Notes: a model not told the origin generated them from the letters alone. Positions 8,951 through 17,354 are shown, counted from the first letter of the stretch. The stretch: 64,000 bases of DNA from Bacteroidota bacterium (GCA_017860455.1 JAGDMF010000006.1:87028-151027), one strand, 5' to 3'. Numbers and translations are program-made.

Positions 8951-8995
8951 ATAAAAGAATGATTATTGTTTATTACACTAAATACATTTCATAAA

Positions 8996-10912
8996 TCATA
9001 AATAAATTACATCCCATTCTTCACTTGCATCAAAATATGCCTTATGGTTTTCAGTGTATCTATCCTTGTGAACTGCTAAACAAATAAAATGTGTTGCCCT
9101 AGTCATTGCAACATAACCAAGTGGTAATCTTTTTTTAAAAGCATCATTAGTACGTTGTCTTGTTCGCTGTCTATCTGTGCTGATAATAAACTCTAAAATT
9201 TTGCTACCAATGTCGTAAACACGGTTGTAGGTTTCAAGATAAAGAGTCGCTGAATGTGTTTCGCCTTTTACTCCATGAATTGTATCAAAATGAATTTGCA
9301 CTTCCTGTCCATTCGTAGTAAAATGGTAAATTCTGTTTTCTACCTTTTCACTTGCTACTTCAACTTCAGGGTTTGTAAAAAATTGTTTTAGGTCGTCATT
9401 TACTTGTCCACCAAAAGTTGCAAGCAAATCTGAAACATAGGTTTCAATTTCCACCTTCAAAATTTCAGTTTTGGAAATTGTTGTAATCCATTTTGTAATG
9501 TTATCATTCATCTTTTTGGAGATACTTAAATCGTCCAACGAATTTAGATATTGATACAATGTAAAAGGCGTAAAGTAAAATCCTGTAACGGGATGCTTGA
9601 CTTTGCAAAGGCGTAAGCATTTGCAAAAAATACTTAGCAATGACTTTCTTACTTCATTAACATTTCTACTTTGTAAAGCCAACTGATTTGCGTTTTCAAG
9701 AAATGAAGTAATGTTTGAGAAATCTTTTTTGTTATAACCACGATTAAACTCATTCCAATAGGAGTTAATATTTAAACGGGAATCACTTAACCTTGCTCCA
9801 ACAGCTTTACATGGTTTTCCCTTATGGAGATTATGTTGGATAAGGAGTTCTCCAAACTTGTCTTTTACTTTTAGAATAGAGTTGTTGTCAAATAAAATGA
9901 TTGTCGGTTTCAAAGGTGTTGGGTTAATCCAACCAGTCATTACTTGAGGAGCAACGCAAATATCTTTTACTACTTGAACAATGTTCTCTGAAATTCTTGT
10001 TGTTTCGGTTAATTGCAAATCTGAATTTATTTTTGGTTGCCATTCATTTTGTTTATCAGATGATGAATAATTGAAAATTGACTGGTTGATGTCACCAATT
10101 TTTTGAACTATAGCAGAAGTGCCATCACACAAATAGCTTATGAGTTCCGATTGGTGAGTTTCCATGTCTTGCATTTCGTCAATAAAAATCAATGGAAATC
10201 TTTTAATGAATAGGTCTTTCAACTGTGGGTTTTCTCTGAGGTATTTGAAAGCAATTGAATATGCCTCATCATATTTAACGAATCCATCTTTTAATAATTT
10301 ATTTTTCGCATCTTCAATTTTTTTATAGTGAATTAGCATCTTGTCTTGGGAGATTCCATCAATTGTAAAAGGGCTTACTTCATTGATTGTCTTTGATACA
10401 CTAAAGTTGTGCATATTAAAAGATAAATAACCAATTTCGTCAACACCCTTTGCACTTAAAAACAAAGCCGTTCCGTAAAGGGACTTGAATTTATTTATCT
10501 CTTTACAGTAAGAATCTGTATCAGTAATATTTGGTGATTGTTTGAACTCATTTTTGTAAGCAGGAATAGTAAAGAATTTATCAACTACAGATTGAATTGT
10601 TCCGAAATGATTTGGATAATTGAAGTAGAAATTAGAAAAGGAATCCAGTTTGCTTTTAATTTCTGCAACTGCAACATTTGTGTGTGTGATTACACACACA
10701 CCTTGTTTAAATGATTTAGGAATTTTATTCGTTAAAATAATAAGTTTAGCAGCAAGAGTTGTTGTTTTGCCACTTCCAGGACAAGCTTGAATGTCGGTGC
10801 TATCCCAAAATCGGATAATCTTTTTTTGCCTTTCATTGAATTTAAAACCAAAATGATTTTCAACGAAAGCAATATCTTCATCGGTAATATTTAATTTTTT
10901 GAAATCAAACAT
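8996..10912 (-). CDS. gajB: UvrD/Rep-family helicase, GajB-like
   Basis: 638-aa ORF with Walker A CPGSGKTT, Walker B LIFIDEMQD, TIHGVKGETH and VAMTRA helicase motifs. It overlaps the upstream OLD-family gene by 8 nt. Confidence 0.85.
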   Translation of the reverse strand: MFDFKKLNITDEDIAFVENHFGFKFNERQKKIIRFWDSTDIQACPGSGKTTTLAAKLIILTNKIPKSFKQGVCVITHTNVAVAEIKSKLDSFSNFYFNYPNHFGTIQSVVDKFFTIPAYKNEFKQSPNITDTDSYCKEINKFKSLYGTALFLSAKGVDEIGYLSFNMHNFSVSKTINEVSPFTIDGISQDKMLIHYKKIEDAKNKLLKDGFVKYDEAYSIAFKYLRENPQLKDLFIKRFPLIFIDEMQDMETHQSELISYLCDGTSAIVQKIGDINQSIFNYSSSDKQNEWQPKINSDLQLTETTRISENIVQVVKDICVAPQVMTGWINPTPLKPTIILFDNNSILKVKDKFGELLIQHNLHKGKPCKAVGARLSDSRLNINSYWNEFNRGYNKKDFSNITSFLENANQLALQSRNVNEVRKSLLSIFCKCLRLCKVKHPVTGFYFTPFTLYQYLNSLDDLSISKKMNDNITKWITTISKTEILKVEIETYVSDLLATFGGQVNDDLKQFFTNPEVEVASEKVENRIYHFTTNGQEVQIHFDTIHGVKGETHSATLYLETYNRVYDIGSKILEFIISTDRQRTRQRTNDAFKKRLPLGYVAMTRATHFICLAVHKDRYTENHKAYFDASEEWDVIYL

Positions 10913-12791
10913 TGGTTACATACTTAATCGCATCTACTAAATATTTTAAGTGAGGGTCTTTCAAAATATCTTCAACATCAACTTTGGAGCTATTCAGAAT
11001 TCTTGAAAAAATTTGTGCGACCACTGCCTTAGATGCTTGCTTGCGTTCTAATGGAGCATAAATCTCTACCGCAATTTCAATATCGCTTATGCCTTCAGTT
11101 TTCCAGCGTTCTAAATCTTCCTCACATTTTTCTGTAATGCCTTTGCAAACTTCTTTGGTTGCATCTTCTTGAAGGTCATTAGTGGCTAATGCTAAGAGAA
11201 CTGATTTATGAATTAGATTGCGAAGACAACTTCTTGCAATCTCATATTCAAGTGTCCAAGTATTCGTAATGAATACCTGAACATCACCACCACTGTATTT
11301 GGCTTTTTTCTTTGAAACTATTTCAGCAATTTCTTGTGTAGAATATTCGTCTTCTGTCTTACGGTTATCACTAAGCAAACTAACTTGTTCAATCTCTCCT
11401 GTAAGACGCCTTTTGATTTCGTAGGTAAATTCCTTTCCTTCTTTTGGTGGAATATCTCTGTCTGTAATGCAGGAAACTTTTATTCCAATACCATTACCAT
11501 CTTTTCTCTGAAATATTTTTGCATATCGCAACAGTGCTGTGCTTCCAACATTTACAACTGAAACGCCATGTTTATGTAATGGAAATCCGATGTATTCAGC
11601 AAGTGTTGGAATAATTAGATTCTCTGCATCACCTTCAACTATTATCACACCGTTTGCGAAAAATAAGTTAGCCTTTGTGTTGTCCAAAAACCTTCTGAGA
11701 AATTCATAATCTCCATTTGCTAATTCGGTTTCGCCTTTTCTTAAAGAGTAGGCATTACTGTCTTTACAAAGAATTAAATTACTGAGGTCAACTTTTGATG
11801 CTAATGAATTACTGTGAGAAGAAATGATACTTTGAAACCCTAAACTTTTTGATTGCTTGTTAAGAAAGTCAATAAGATTTAATTGAGATTGAGGATGCAG
11901 ATGGGCTTCTATTTCTTCAATCAAAGAAAGTTTCAGCCCTACATAACCGCTATCCTTTTTCAGTAGCAACATTTCAGCAGCAATGAATAATAAGTTGTTT
12001 GACCCCAAACCTAAGTTTGATTCGTTTGTCTTTGACAAACCTTGCAATTCAAGTTTTTCAAGTATTCTGCCTAAATCGTTTTGAGCAATTCCAAACTTTG
12101 ATGAAAGTGGATTATTTAATAACGAAAACTCTTTCAGATAGCTTAAATTAATTGTGTCAGATACTTGCTTTCCTTCTTTGTTTTCAAAGTAGTCAGTTAC
12201 TTCAAGGTTTGCTTTATCCATTGTTTCTTCCAATGGATGTCTTGTGCTGTCTTGCTTTTGAAAAATTTCGTAAGCAGCAAGAATCTGAGAAAGCCGTGAA
12301 CCCTTTCTGGGTGCTAATTCAAACTCAGCATCTCTTAATGGTTTTAAGTAAGTTACCTTTAATTTGTTTTTTGCTTCACCGCTTATCATTCCACTTTCTT
12401 CGTCTTCACCAGCTTTCACATCATAATATACCTCTGAAAGAGAATTGCTTTTTTCCTTTCGTCTGCCAGTCAAAGTAAGTTTCAAATAATATTTTTCACC
12501 GCTTATGGATAACCATTCTAAGAATGCAGCCGCTTCATCAGGGTTAAGGTCATAAAATGTGCAAACTATTTTGAGTTCGGTCGCTCTTGTTGTTCCGTCA
12601 GTATAGAAATCATCTTTGTCAAGTTTTATCCAATCGTTGCTGTGAGTGCCAGTAACAAATTTTATAGCATCAATGATTGAAGATTTGCCAGAATCATTTT
12701 CTCCGACAAGAAGATTTAAACCGCTTTGAAATTCTAAATCGACTTTTTTAAATTGTCTAAAGTTTTCAATATGGATTTTCCCTAAATACAT
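10905..12791 (-). CDS. gajA: OLD-family ATP-dependent endonuclease (ABC-type ATPase + Toprim), GajA-like
   Basis: 628-aa ORF with Walker A GENDSGKS, Walker B/H-loop LSLIEEIEAHLHP, and Toprim motifs IIVEGDAENL and CITDRD. Confidence 0.85.
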   Translation of the reverse strand: MYLGKIHIENFRQFKKVDLEFQSGLNLLVGENDSGKSSIIDAIKFVTGTHSNDWIKLDKDDFYTDGTTRATELKIVCTFYDLNPDEAAAFLEWLSISGEKYYLKLTLTGRRKEKSNSLSEVYYDVKAGEDEESGMISGEAKNKLKVTYLKPLRDAEFELAPRKGSRLSQILAAYEIFQKQDSTRHPLEETMDKANLEVTDYFENKEGKQVSDTINLSYLKEFSLLNNPLSSKFGIAQNDLGRILEKLELQGLSKTNESNLGLGSNNLLFIAAEMLLLKKDSGYVGLKLSLIEEIEAHLHPQSQLNLIDFLNKQSKSLGFQSIISSHSNSLASKVDLSNLILCKDSNAYSLRKGETELANGDYEFLRRFLDNTKANLFFANGVIIVEGDAENLIIPTLAEYIGFPLHKHGVSVVNVGSTALLRYAKIFQRKDGNGIGIKVSCITDRDIPPKEGKEFTYEIKRRLTGEIEQVSLLSDNRKTEDEYSTQEIAEIVSKKKAKYSGGDVQVFITNTWTLEYEIARSCLRNLIHKSVLLALATNDLQEDATKEVCKGITEKCEEDLERWKTEGISDIEIAVEIYAPLERKQASKAVVAQIFSRILNSSKVDVEDILKDPHLKYLVDAIKYVTNV

Positions 12792-13013
12792 TTAGCAGTG
12801 TTTTATTATTTTAAATTCATAAACCTTGAAATAAGCGTTGGCAAAAAATGGCTCTTTTGATTTTGCCGAAGGATTGGCTTTGTGTGTCGGGGCAAAAGCA
12901 AATGTGCCATTGTGGGTCGGCAAATGTTTAAAAGAATGTGCAGTTGGCAAAAAATAAAAAACATCAGGTCGGCTTTCTTGTCTTGTCAATATTTCTTTTT
13001 TCTGTCCTTTCAC
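12792..13013 (-). CDS. doubtful 73-aa upstream ORF abutting the gajA-like start
   Basis: Its TAA stop is immediately followed by the gajA ATG (TAAATG). The peptide's LPTAH/LPTH/APTH repeats are simply the translated TTGCCRAC DNA motif, so it may be non-coding. Confidence 0.2.
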   Translation of the reverse strand: MKGQKKEILTRQESRPDVFYFLPTAHSFKHLPTHNGTFAFAPTHKANPSAKSKEPFFANAYFKVYEFKIIKHC

Positions 13014-13064
13014 AATGGTTTACTTTTCAATTTTCTATATCGTTGTCTGTCTCTTACACTTGGC
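12837..13064 (-). promoter_or_regulatory. array of GCCRAC-core motifs in the long leader upstream of the gajA-like gene
   Basis: GTYGGC-type sites occur on the plus strand at 12837, 12873 (ATTGGC), 12886 (GTCGGGGC), 12916, 12943, 12968 and 13059 (CTTGGC), all in the same orientation as in 6147-6492. Confidence 0.5.
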
Positions 13065-13172
13065 GGTAACTTGTTTATAACCGCTACTCTTCCGCCTCTA
13101 TATTACGCTTATCTGCCCAAATGGGTTGGATAACCGTATGTTTTAATTGCATTTTTGTTTTTTTAATAATTA

Positions 13173-13180
13173 CAAAAATA
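13173..13180 (-). promoter_or_regulatory. Bacteroidota -7 promoter box (TAnnTTTG), candidate promoter of the defence cluster
   Basis: Plus strand reads CAAAAATA. This is the only exact TAnnTTTG match I found on the minus strand between 12792 and 13230, ~380 nt upstream of the gajA-like ATG. Confidence 0.4.
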
Positions 13181-13288
13181 AACTGTTTTAAATATTGTCT
13201 AAAGGACTAGTGAAATTCTGAGTAATTCGAGTGTGATAAAATTCGAATGCAAATATAAACAAATTTTTAATATTCAAATAAAAAAATT

Positions 13289-13617
13289 AGGGCGAAGGGC
13301 GAAAGGCAATAGAAAAAGTCGGCAGACGGCGGTCGGCGGTCGGCAGACTTATTTAGAACGTCGAACGTTTAACGTCGAACCGCTCCTGTCTCCCGTCTCC
13401 AGTCTCCCGTCACCAGTCTCCCGTCACCAGTCTCCCATCACCAGTCTCCAGTCTCTAGTCCCCGCATTAGGTCGTAGGCCAGATACCCCGCAAGTTGAGC
13501 TGCTTAGGGGATGACGGTTCGGGCAGAGCGACGGAGGAGCTACTGCCCGGCCGATCAGACCCTGGCAGCGAAACGAGGAGTATGGGCCGGAGACCGACGG
13601 CGAGCCTGCGAGCCGGA
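13289..13617 (+). repeat. composite modular repeat, copy 2 (word modules 13289-13463 + complete GC-rich core 13464-13617)
   Basis: Same module order as 105-303. The core is near-identical to 60387-60543, and the last 41 nt are identical. Confidence 0.85.
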
Positions 13618-14531
13618 GCACACATGTAAATGTAGTCGTGATGACGATAATTTAATACGGAATCTACCGTTGATGTGGCCGGAATACGGATCGGTCCTGG
13701 TGGTAAACCGGTGTACAAATAGGTGTTGTACGGTGAATCGGTCATCAAATGCTCTTCGGTTATTCTGGTAATTCTAAAATCTTGTAAGGCAAATTTTACC
13801 GTCGGATCTGCCTGTAACTTCATCCCCTTTATTAAGCGATTGATATACAATCCTGCGATCAGCCCTTTTTCTACCTCTTTGAAGTTTTCCTCTTCTACAA
13901 TAGAGGCTAAAGTCACCACTTGCGAGCGACTAAGTCCGATCTTTTGCGCCTGTTGATCTCTTTTCTCATTCCAGAATCGGTTGTATTGCTTGTACATCGA
14001 GCTGAAAAACTGTTCTGCAGTGATGTCGTAATATAATTCATACGTATTGGGAATAAAAATGGATATCGTTGTCTCGGGAGTAAGCCCAAAAGTGCTTAGA
14101 AATGTACGATTGTCTAATAAGTTTTCCAGTTCATTCCTTTCAAACAGAAACTTACCATCGAGTTTTTTGACCAGCTGCTCTTTGGTTCTGATGTTGTTAA
14201 AAGTGAAACGTACCGGAACATGTTGCCCTCTTCGTAACATTTTGATTAGGGAAAAGTTACTCTCATTTTCTTTAAAAGTGTATTTCCCCTTTTTGATATT
14301 TCCTTTAAAATCAAGTATTTGTGCAGCAATTCTGAAAGTGAAAAAACTTTTCACCTGTCCGCTTTCCTGAATATCCTGCATGACAGTTTCAAAAGTGGAA
14401 TCTTCGGTAATGATTAGTTTTCTAAAATTTCCTTCACCATTGGGAATGAAAAAAAGGAGGATAACAACAACAATGCCTAAAAATAAAAAGGCACCAATTC
14501 CGCCACCAATCTTTTTCTTACTTAATTTCAT
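13467..14531 (-). CDS. mltG: endolytic murein transglycosylase MltG (YceG-like), 3' end replaced by repeat-derived sequence
   Basis: N-terminal TM helix, ASIVEEE catalytic region and SPYNTYLYTGLPPGPI...DYIYMCA match MltG. The last ~44 codons (PARRLAVGLRPILLVSLPGSDRPGSSSS...) are read out of the GC-rich repeat. Confidence 0.8.
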   Translation of the reverse strand: MKLSKKKIGGGIGAFLFLGIVVVILLFFIPNGEGNFRKLIITEDSTFETVMQDIQESGQVKSFFTFRIAAQILDFKGNIKKGKYTFKENESNFSLIKMLRRGQHVPVRFTFNNIRTKEQLVKKLDGKFLFERNELENLLDNRTFLSTFGLTPETTISIFIPNTYELYYDITAEQFFSSMYKQYNRFWNEKRDQQAQKIGLSRSQVVTLASIVEEENFKEVEKGLIAGLYINRLIKGMKLQADPTVKFALQDFRITRITEEHLMTDSPYNTYLYTGLPPGPIRIPATSTVDSVLNYRHHDYIYMCAPARRLAVGLRPILLVSLPGSDRPGSSSSVALPEPSSPKQLNLRGIWPTT

Positions 14532-15069
14532 TGTTTGGATTTATACATTGAAGCAGATACACATTTTTGAATCCTTCAATCGTTCGTAACCAATCTTTTT
14601 GTATTCCGATCATATCAAATTCGGTGGTTTCAAAAAGGAGGAGACTCGCTTTATTGTCTTGTTGAACATTGCAATAGATCTGATGAATCAATAAGGTTTC
14701 AAAAACATATTTTTTAATCAATTCGATCGCTTCAGTGGCATAACCTTGTCTGCGGAAATCCTGATGAATCAGAATTCCTAATCCAATACGCTGGTTAAAT
14801 GGATCATAATCAAAGAGATCCACAATTCCGATGGTTGTTTTGGGTTCACCCGGAATTTCATTATTCAAATCAATCATCAGACGAATCTGGCGGGTTGTAA
14901 AAATATCATCCGTTGCACAGTCAACAAACATCTGAAGGGTATATTCAGAGTAAGGTTTTAAAGTTTGGCTGATTCTCCAGATGGCAGGATCGTTTTCCCA
15001 AATATAGAGCAATTTAACATCATCTGGCTCAAGAGCTCTTAAACTAATTTTTTCGCCTTGTATAAACAT
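14518..15069 (-). CDS. GNAT family N-acetyltransferase (RimJ/RimL-like)
   Basis: 183-aa ORF with LGILIHQDFRRQGYATEAIELI. Confidence 0.75.
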   Translation of the reverse strand: MFIQGEKISLRALEPDDVKLLYIWENDPAIWRISQTLKPYSEYTLQMFVDCATDDIFTTRQIRLMIDLNNEIPGEPKTTIGIVDLFDYDPFNQRIGLGILIHQDFRRQGYATEAIELIKKYVFETLLIHQIYCNVQQDNKASLLLFETTEFDMIGIQKDWLRTIEGFKNVYLLQCINPNNEIK

Positions 15070-15071
15070 CT

Positions 15072-15878
15072 TTAATTGGATTTAAGGTACCTTTTAATAA
15101 TTCGAAGATTATGGGTATATTTTTCTGTTTCTGTATTTAAAATGCCGGTTTGATTTAGAACATCAATTCTAACAAATCCGGATGCATGTAGTATTTTTCC
15201 TTTTCCGCAAACTATGCCTGTATGAACAATTTTCCCCTCTTCATTATCAAAGAAAGCGACATCGCCCACTTCTGCCTGTTCGAAGAAATCAACCGGTTCA
15301 CCCTGATGAACTTGTTGAGAGGCATCTCTTTCCAACCGGATCCCGATCGCTTTAAAAGCCAACTGCACTAACCCGCTGCAATCGATTCCCAAAGGTGTTC
15401 TGCCACCCCAAAGGTAGGGAGATCTTAAATATCCGGATGCAAATTTGAGTAATTGCACCTGATCTGCTGACAGTTGTGGATGAGATGTAATTTGTTGTTT
15501 TTCAGGAATTTCGACCATGAAAATGACATTTCCCAGAATCAGCATTCCATCATTTGGGAAAGGAAAATGGGAACCCATATAGATTGGGAAAGTGACATTA
15601 GATTCAAATTCCCGGATGAACATCAAATAGTCTGTAACGAAAAAATGTTCCGCCGACAAGTAAGATTCCACATCATCAGGATGCAATGAATTGAATAACT
15701 GAGCATCTATCCATCCTTCATAATTACAGTCTAACGTTTTGATTTTAAGCCATTTTTCTGTTTCTTCGATCACCTGATAGGGATCACCGAAAATCAGTTG
15801 AGAGCACATTTCAGCTCTATGAGAAGGTTCGATTCTCATGGTTATTTGTGCTACATGTGCAATCCCAAACTTTTCCAT
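15072..15878 (-). CDS. NlpC/P60 (C40) family peptidase with N-terminal SH3-like region
   Basis: 268-aa ORF. GIDCSGLVQLAFKAIGIRLERDASQQ contains the catalytic Cys, with ...HTGIV... downstream. Confidence 0.8.
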   Translation of the reverse strand: MEKFGIAHVAQITMRIEPSHRAEMCSQLIFGDPYQVIEETEKWLKIKTLDCNYEGWIDAQLFNSLHPDDVESYLSAEHFFVTDYLMFIREFESNVTFPIYMGSHFPFPNDGMLILGNVIFMVEIPEKQQITSHPQLSADQVQLLKFASGYLRSPYLWGGRTPLGIDCSGLVQLAFKAIGIRLERDASQQVHQGEPVDFFEQAEVGDVAFFDNEEGKIVHTGIVCGKGKILHASGFVRIDVLNQTGILNTETEKYTHNLRIIKRYLKSN

Positions 15879-15890
15879 ATTGATAAATTG

Positions 15891-16274
15891 TTAGAATGGA
15901 AGATCGTCTTGTGAATCATCCACGAAAGTACCTTCAAACTCTTCAGGAAGTGGATTTGCAGCAGGAACGCCGTTTCCGGTTTGAGGAGCATTGGAAGGTG
16001 CAGTAGCAACCGGTTCAATTTTCCAGGCTTTCACATCGGTGTACCATTTGCCGTTAAACTCTCGTGATTCCAGATTGAAAGTCATAATCACCTGATCGCC
16101 AATATTAAGAGCATTTAAGGCATCTGTTTTATCGCCCCACAAATTGGCACATATTTTTTTGGGATATGTTTCGATTGTTTCAATCACAAACTCTTGTTTT
16201 TGCCAGGCTGTTCCGGTTTTCCCGACTCCAGACTGTAACGGTAACTTTTGTATTAATTTTCCTGAAATTTCCAT
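15891..16274 (-). CDS. DUF3127 domain protein
   Basis: MEISGKLIQKLPLQSGVGKTGTAWQKQEFVIET fits DUF3127. The start was moved to the internal ATG at 16274. Confidence 0.65.
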   Translation of the reverse strand: MEISGKLIQKLPLQSGVGKTGTAWQKQEFVIETIETYPKKICANLWGDKTDALNALNIGDQVIMTFNLESREFNGKWYTDVKAWKIEPVATAPSNAPQTGNGVPAANPLPEEFEGTFVDDSQDDLPF

Positions 16275-16286
16275 AAAATATAATCT

Positions 16287-16375
16287 AACATTTAACAATT
16301 AACATTTAACAATTTAGATTTAGCAATTAACATTTAACAATAAAAAAACTAAAACCTAATACCTAAAACCTAATA
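16287..16375. repeat. intergenic word arrays (AACATTTAACAATT units, then CTAAAACCTAAT units)
   Basis: Tandem units read directly between the mlaD-like stop and the DUF3127 start. Confidence 0.8.
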
Positions 16376-16376
16376 T

Positions 16377-17354
16377 CTATTTCTTCTTCTTCCCAAACAC
16401 CGAAACCTGGATATATCTTTCCGGATTCTCTTTGATATCGATCAGCAATTTATTGAGATTATCGGTAGAGTTGGCTAAGTTTTTGTATAATTCTTTATCA
16501 TTCACTAATTTACCAAGATCGCCTTCCCCTTTATTGATCTTTTCGATCACTTGTTGAAGTTCTGTGATGGTTTGATTGGCATTTAAGATCACCTGAGCCA
16601 AATCTTCTTTGGCAATATCGCTGGATATTTTATCAAAATTATCGATAATAGCTTTTAGTTTAGGAGCTTCCGTTTTTAAAGTTAAAGCAAATTCATCCAA
16701 ATTGGTCACAATTTTACCAAATTTAGATCTGTTTTGATTCAATAACAGATTTAATTCGGCCGTTGTAGATTCTAAGTTGGTAAAGATGTTTTTTAATGAG
16801 GATGGACCATTTTCAGAATGTAAAATATCTTTCAATTCTAAGGCAACTGTATCAATTGATGACATAATTGAGCCCAACTGATCTTTAATTCCATCCAATC
16901 CATCCGTAACAGCTGGGATTAGAACAGCGGTCATATTATCCTCATCTTCTGCCATTTTGGTACTGGTTCCCAATTTTAGATTGATAACCAAACCCCCTAA
17001 AATATCTTTTGCACCCAATTCAAATCGGGAATCTGAAGGAATATTAATCTCTTCATAAATATTTAAAGTCGCTTTTACTCTGGCAGGAACCTCATCTGTT
17101 AATTCAATTTTAACCACTTTTCCGATTTTGAAACCATTCACAAAAACTCCCGTTCCTGTAGGTAATCCTTTTGCGTTATCAAAAATCGCATATAAAGTTT
17201 TGTTGTAACCAAACACCTGATTTCCCATTAAAAAATTAGCACCTAAATAAAACACAATCAGTGCTGATAACCCGAACAATCCCACTTTAATTGCTTTTCT
17301 GTTCTTTTTGGTATCAATAGATCTCTTTCCGTTCTCTTTTTCTTCAGATTTCAT
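16377..17354 (-). CDS. MlaD/MCE family protein
   Basis: TM helix, an MCE domain (GLPTGTGVFVNGFKIGKV), and a long coiled C-terminus. The start was set at MKSEEK (17354), downstream of the -7 box at 17380-17387. Confidence 0.8.
   Translation of the reverse strand: MKSEEKENGKRSIDTKKNRKAIKVGLFGLSALIVFYLGANFLMGNQVFGYNKTLYAIFDNAKGLPTGTGVFVNGFKIGKVVKIELTDEVPARVKATLNIYEEINIPSDSRFELGAKDILGGLVINLKLGTSTKMAEDEDNMTAVLIPAVTDGLDGIKDQLGSIMSSIDTVALELKDILHSENGPSSLKNIFTNLESTTAELNLLLNQNRSKFGKIVTNLDEFALTLKTEAPKLKAIIDNFDKISSDIAKEDLAQVILNANQTITELQQVIEKINKGEGDLGKLVNDKELYKNLANSTDNLNKLLIDIKENPERYIQVSVFGKKKK

Noticed and set aside
11334-12478. Antisense ORFs inside the gajA-like gene (11334..11561, 12152..12478), and similar ones inside other long genes (7437..7640, 22883..23287, 31485..31898, 34793..35260, 45760..45963)
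   Set aside because: They lie wholly within strongly supported genes on the opposite strand. They show no motifs, and such frames are typical chance ORFs opposite real genes.
13464-13617. GC-rich core as a known RNA (tRNA, tmRNA, RNase P, SRP RNA, hammerhead ribozyme)
   Set aside because: It has no tRNA T-arm or CCA-type end, no GGAAAGUCC (RNase P), and no SRP domain IV GGAA/AGCA motif. The minus-strand CUGAUCG...GAAC resembles a hammerhead core only superficially, and the GAA is GAU in copy 3.
13233-13771. ORFs 13233..13514(+), 13424..13621(-) and 13511..13771(+) over the GC-rich composite repeat
   Set aside because: These open frames are created by GC-rich, low-complexity repeat sequence. 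They overlap each other and the mltG frame, and their peptides are P/R/S/G-rich nonsense.
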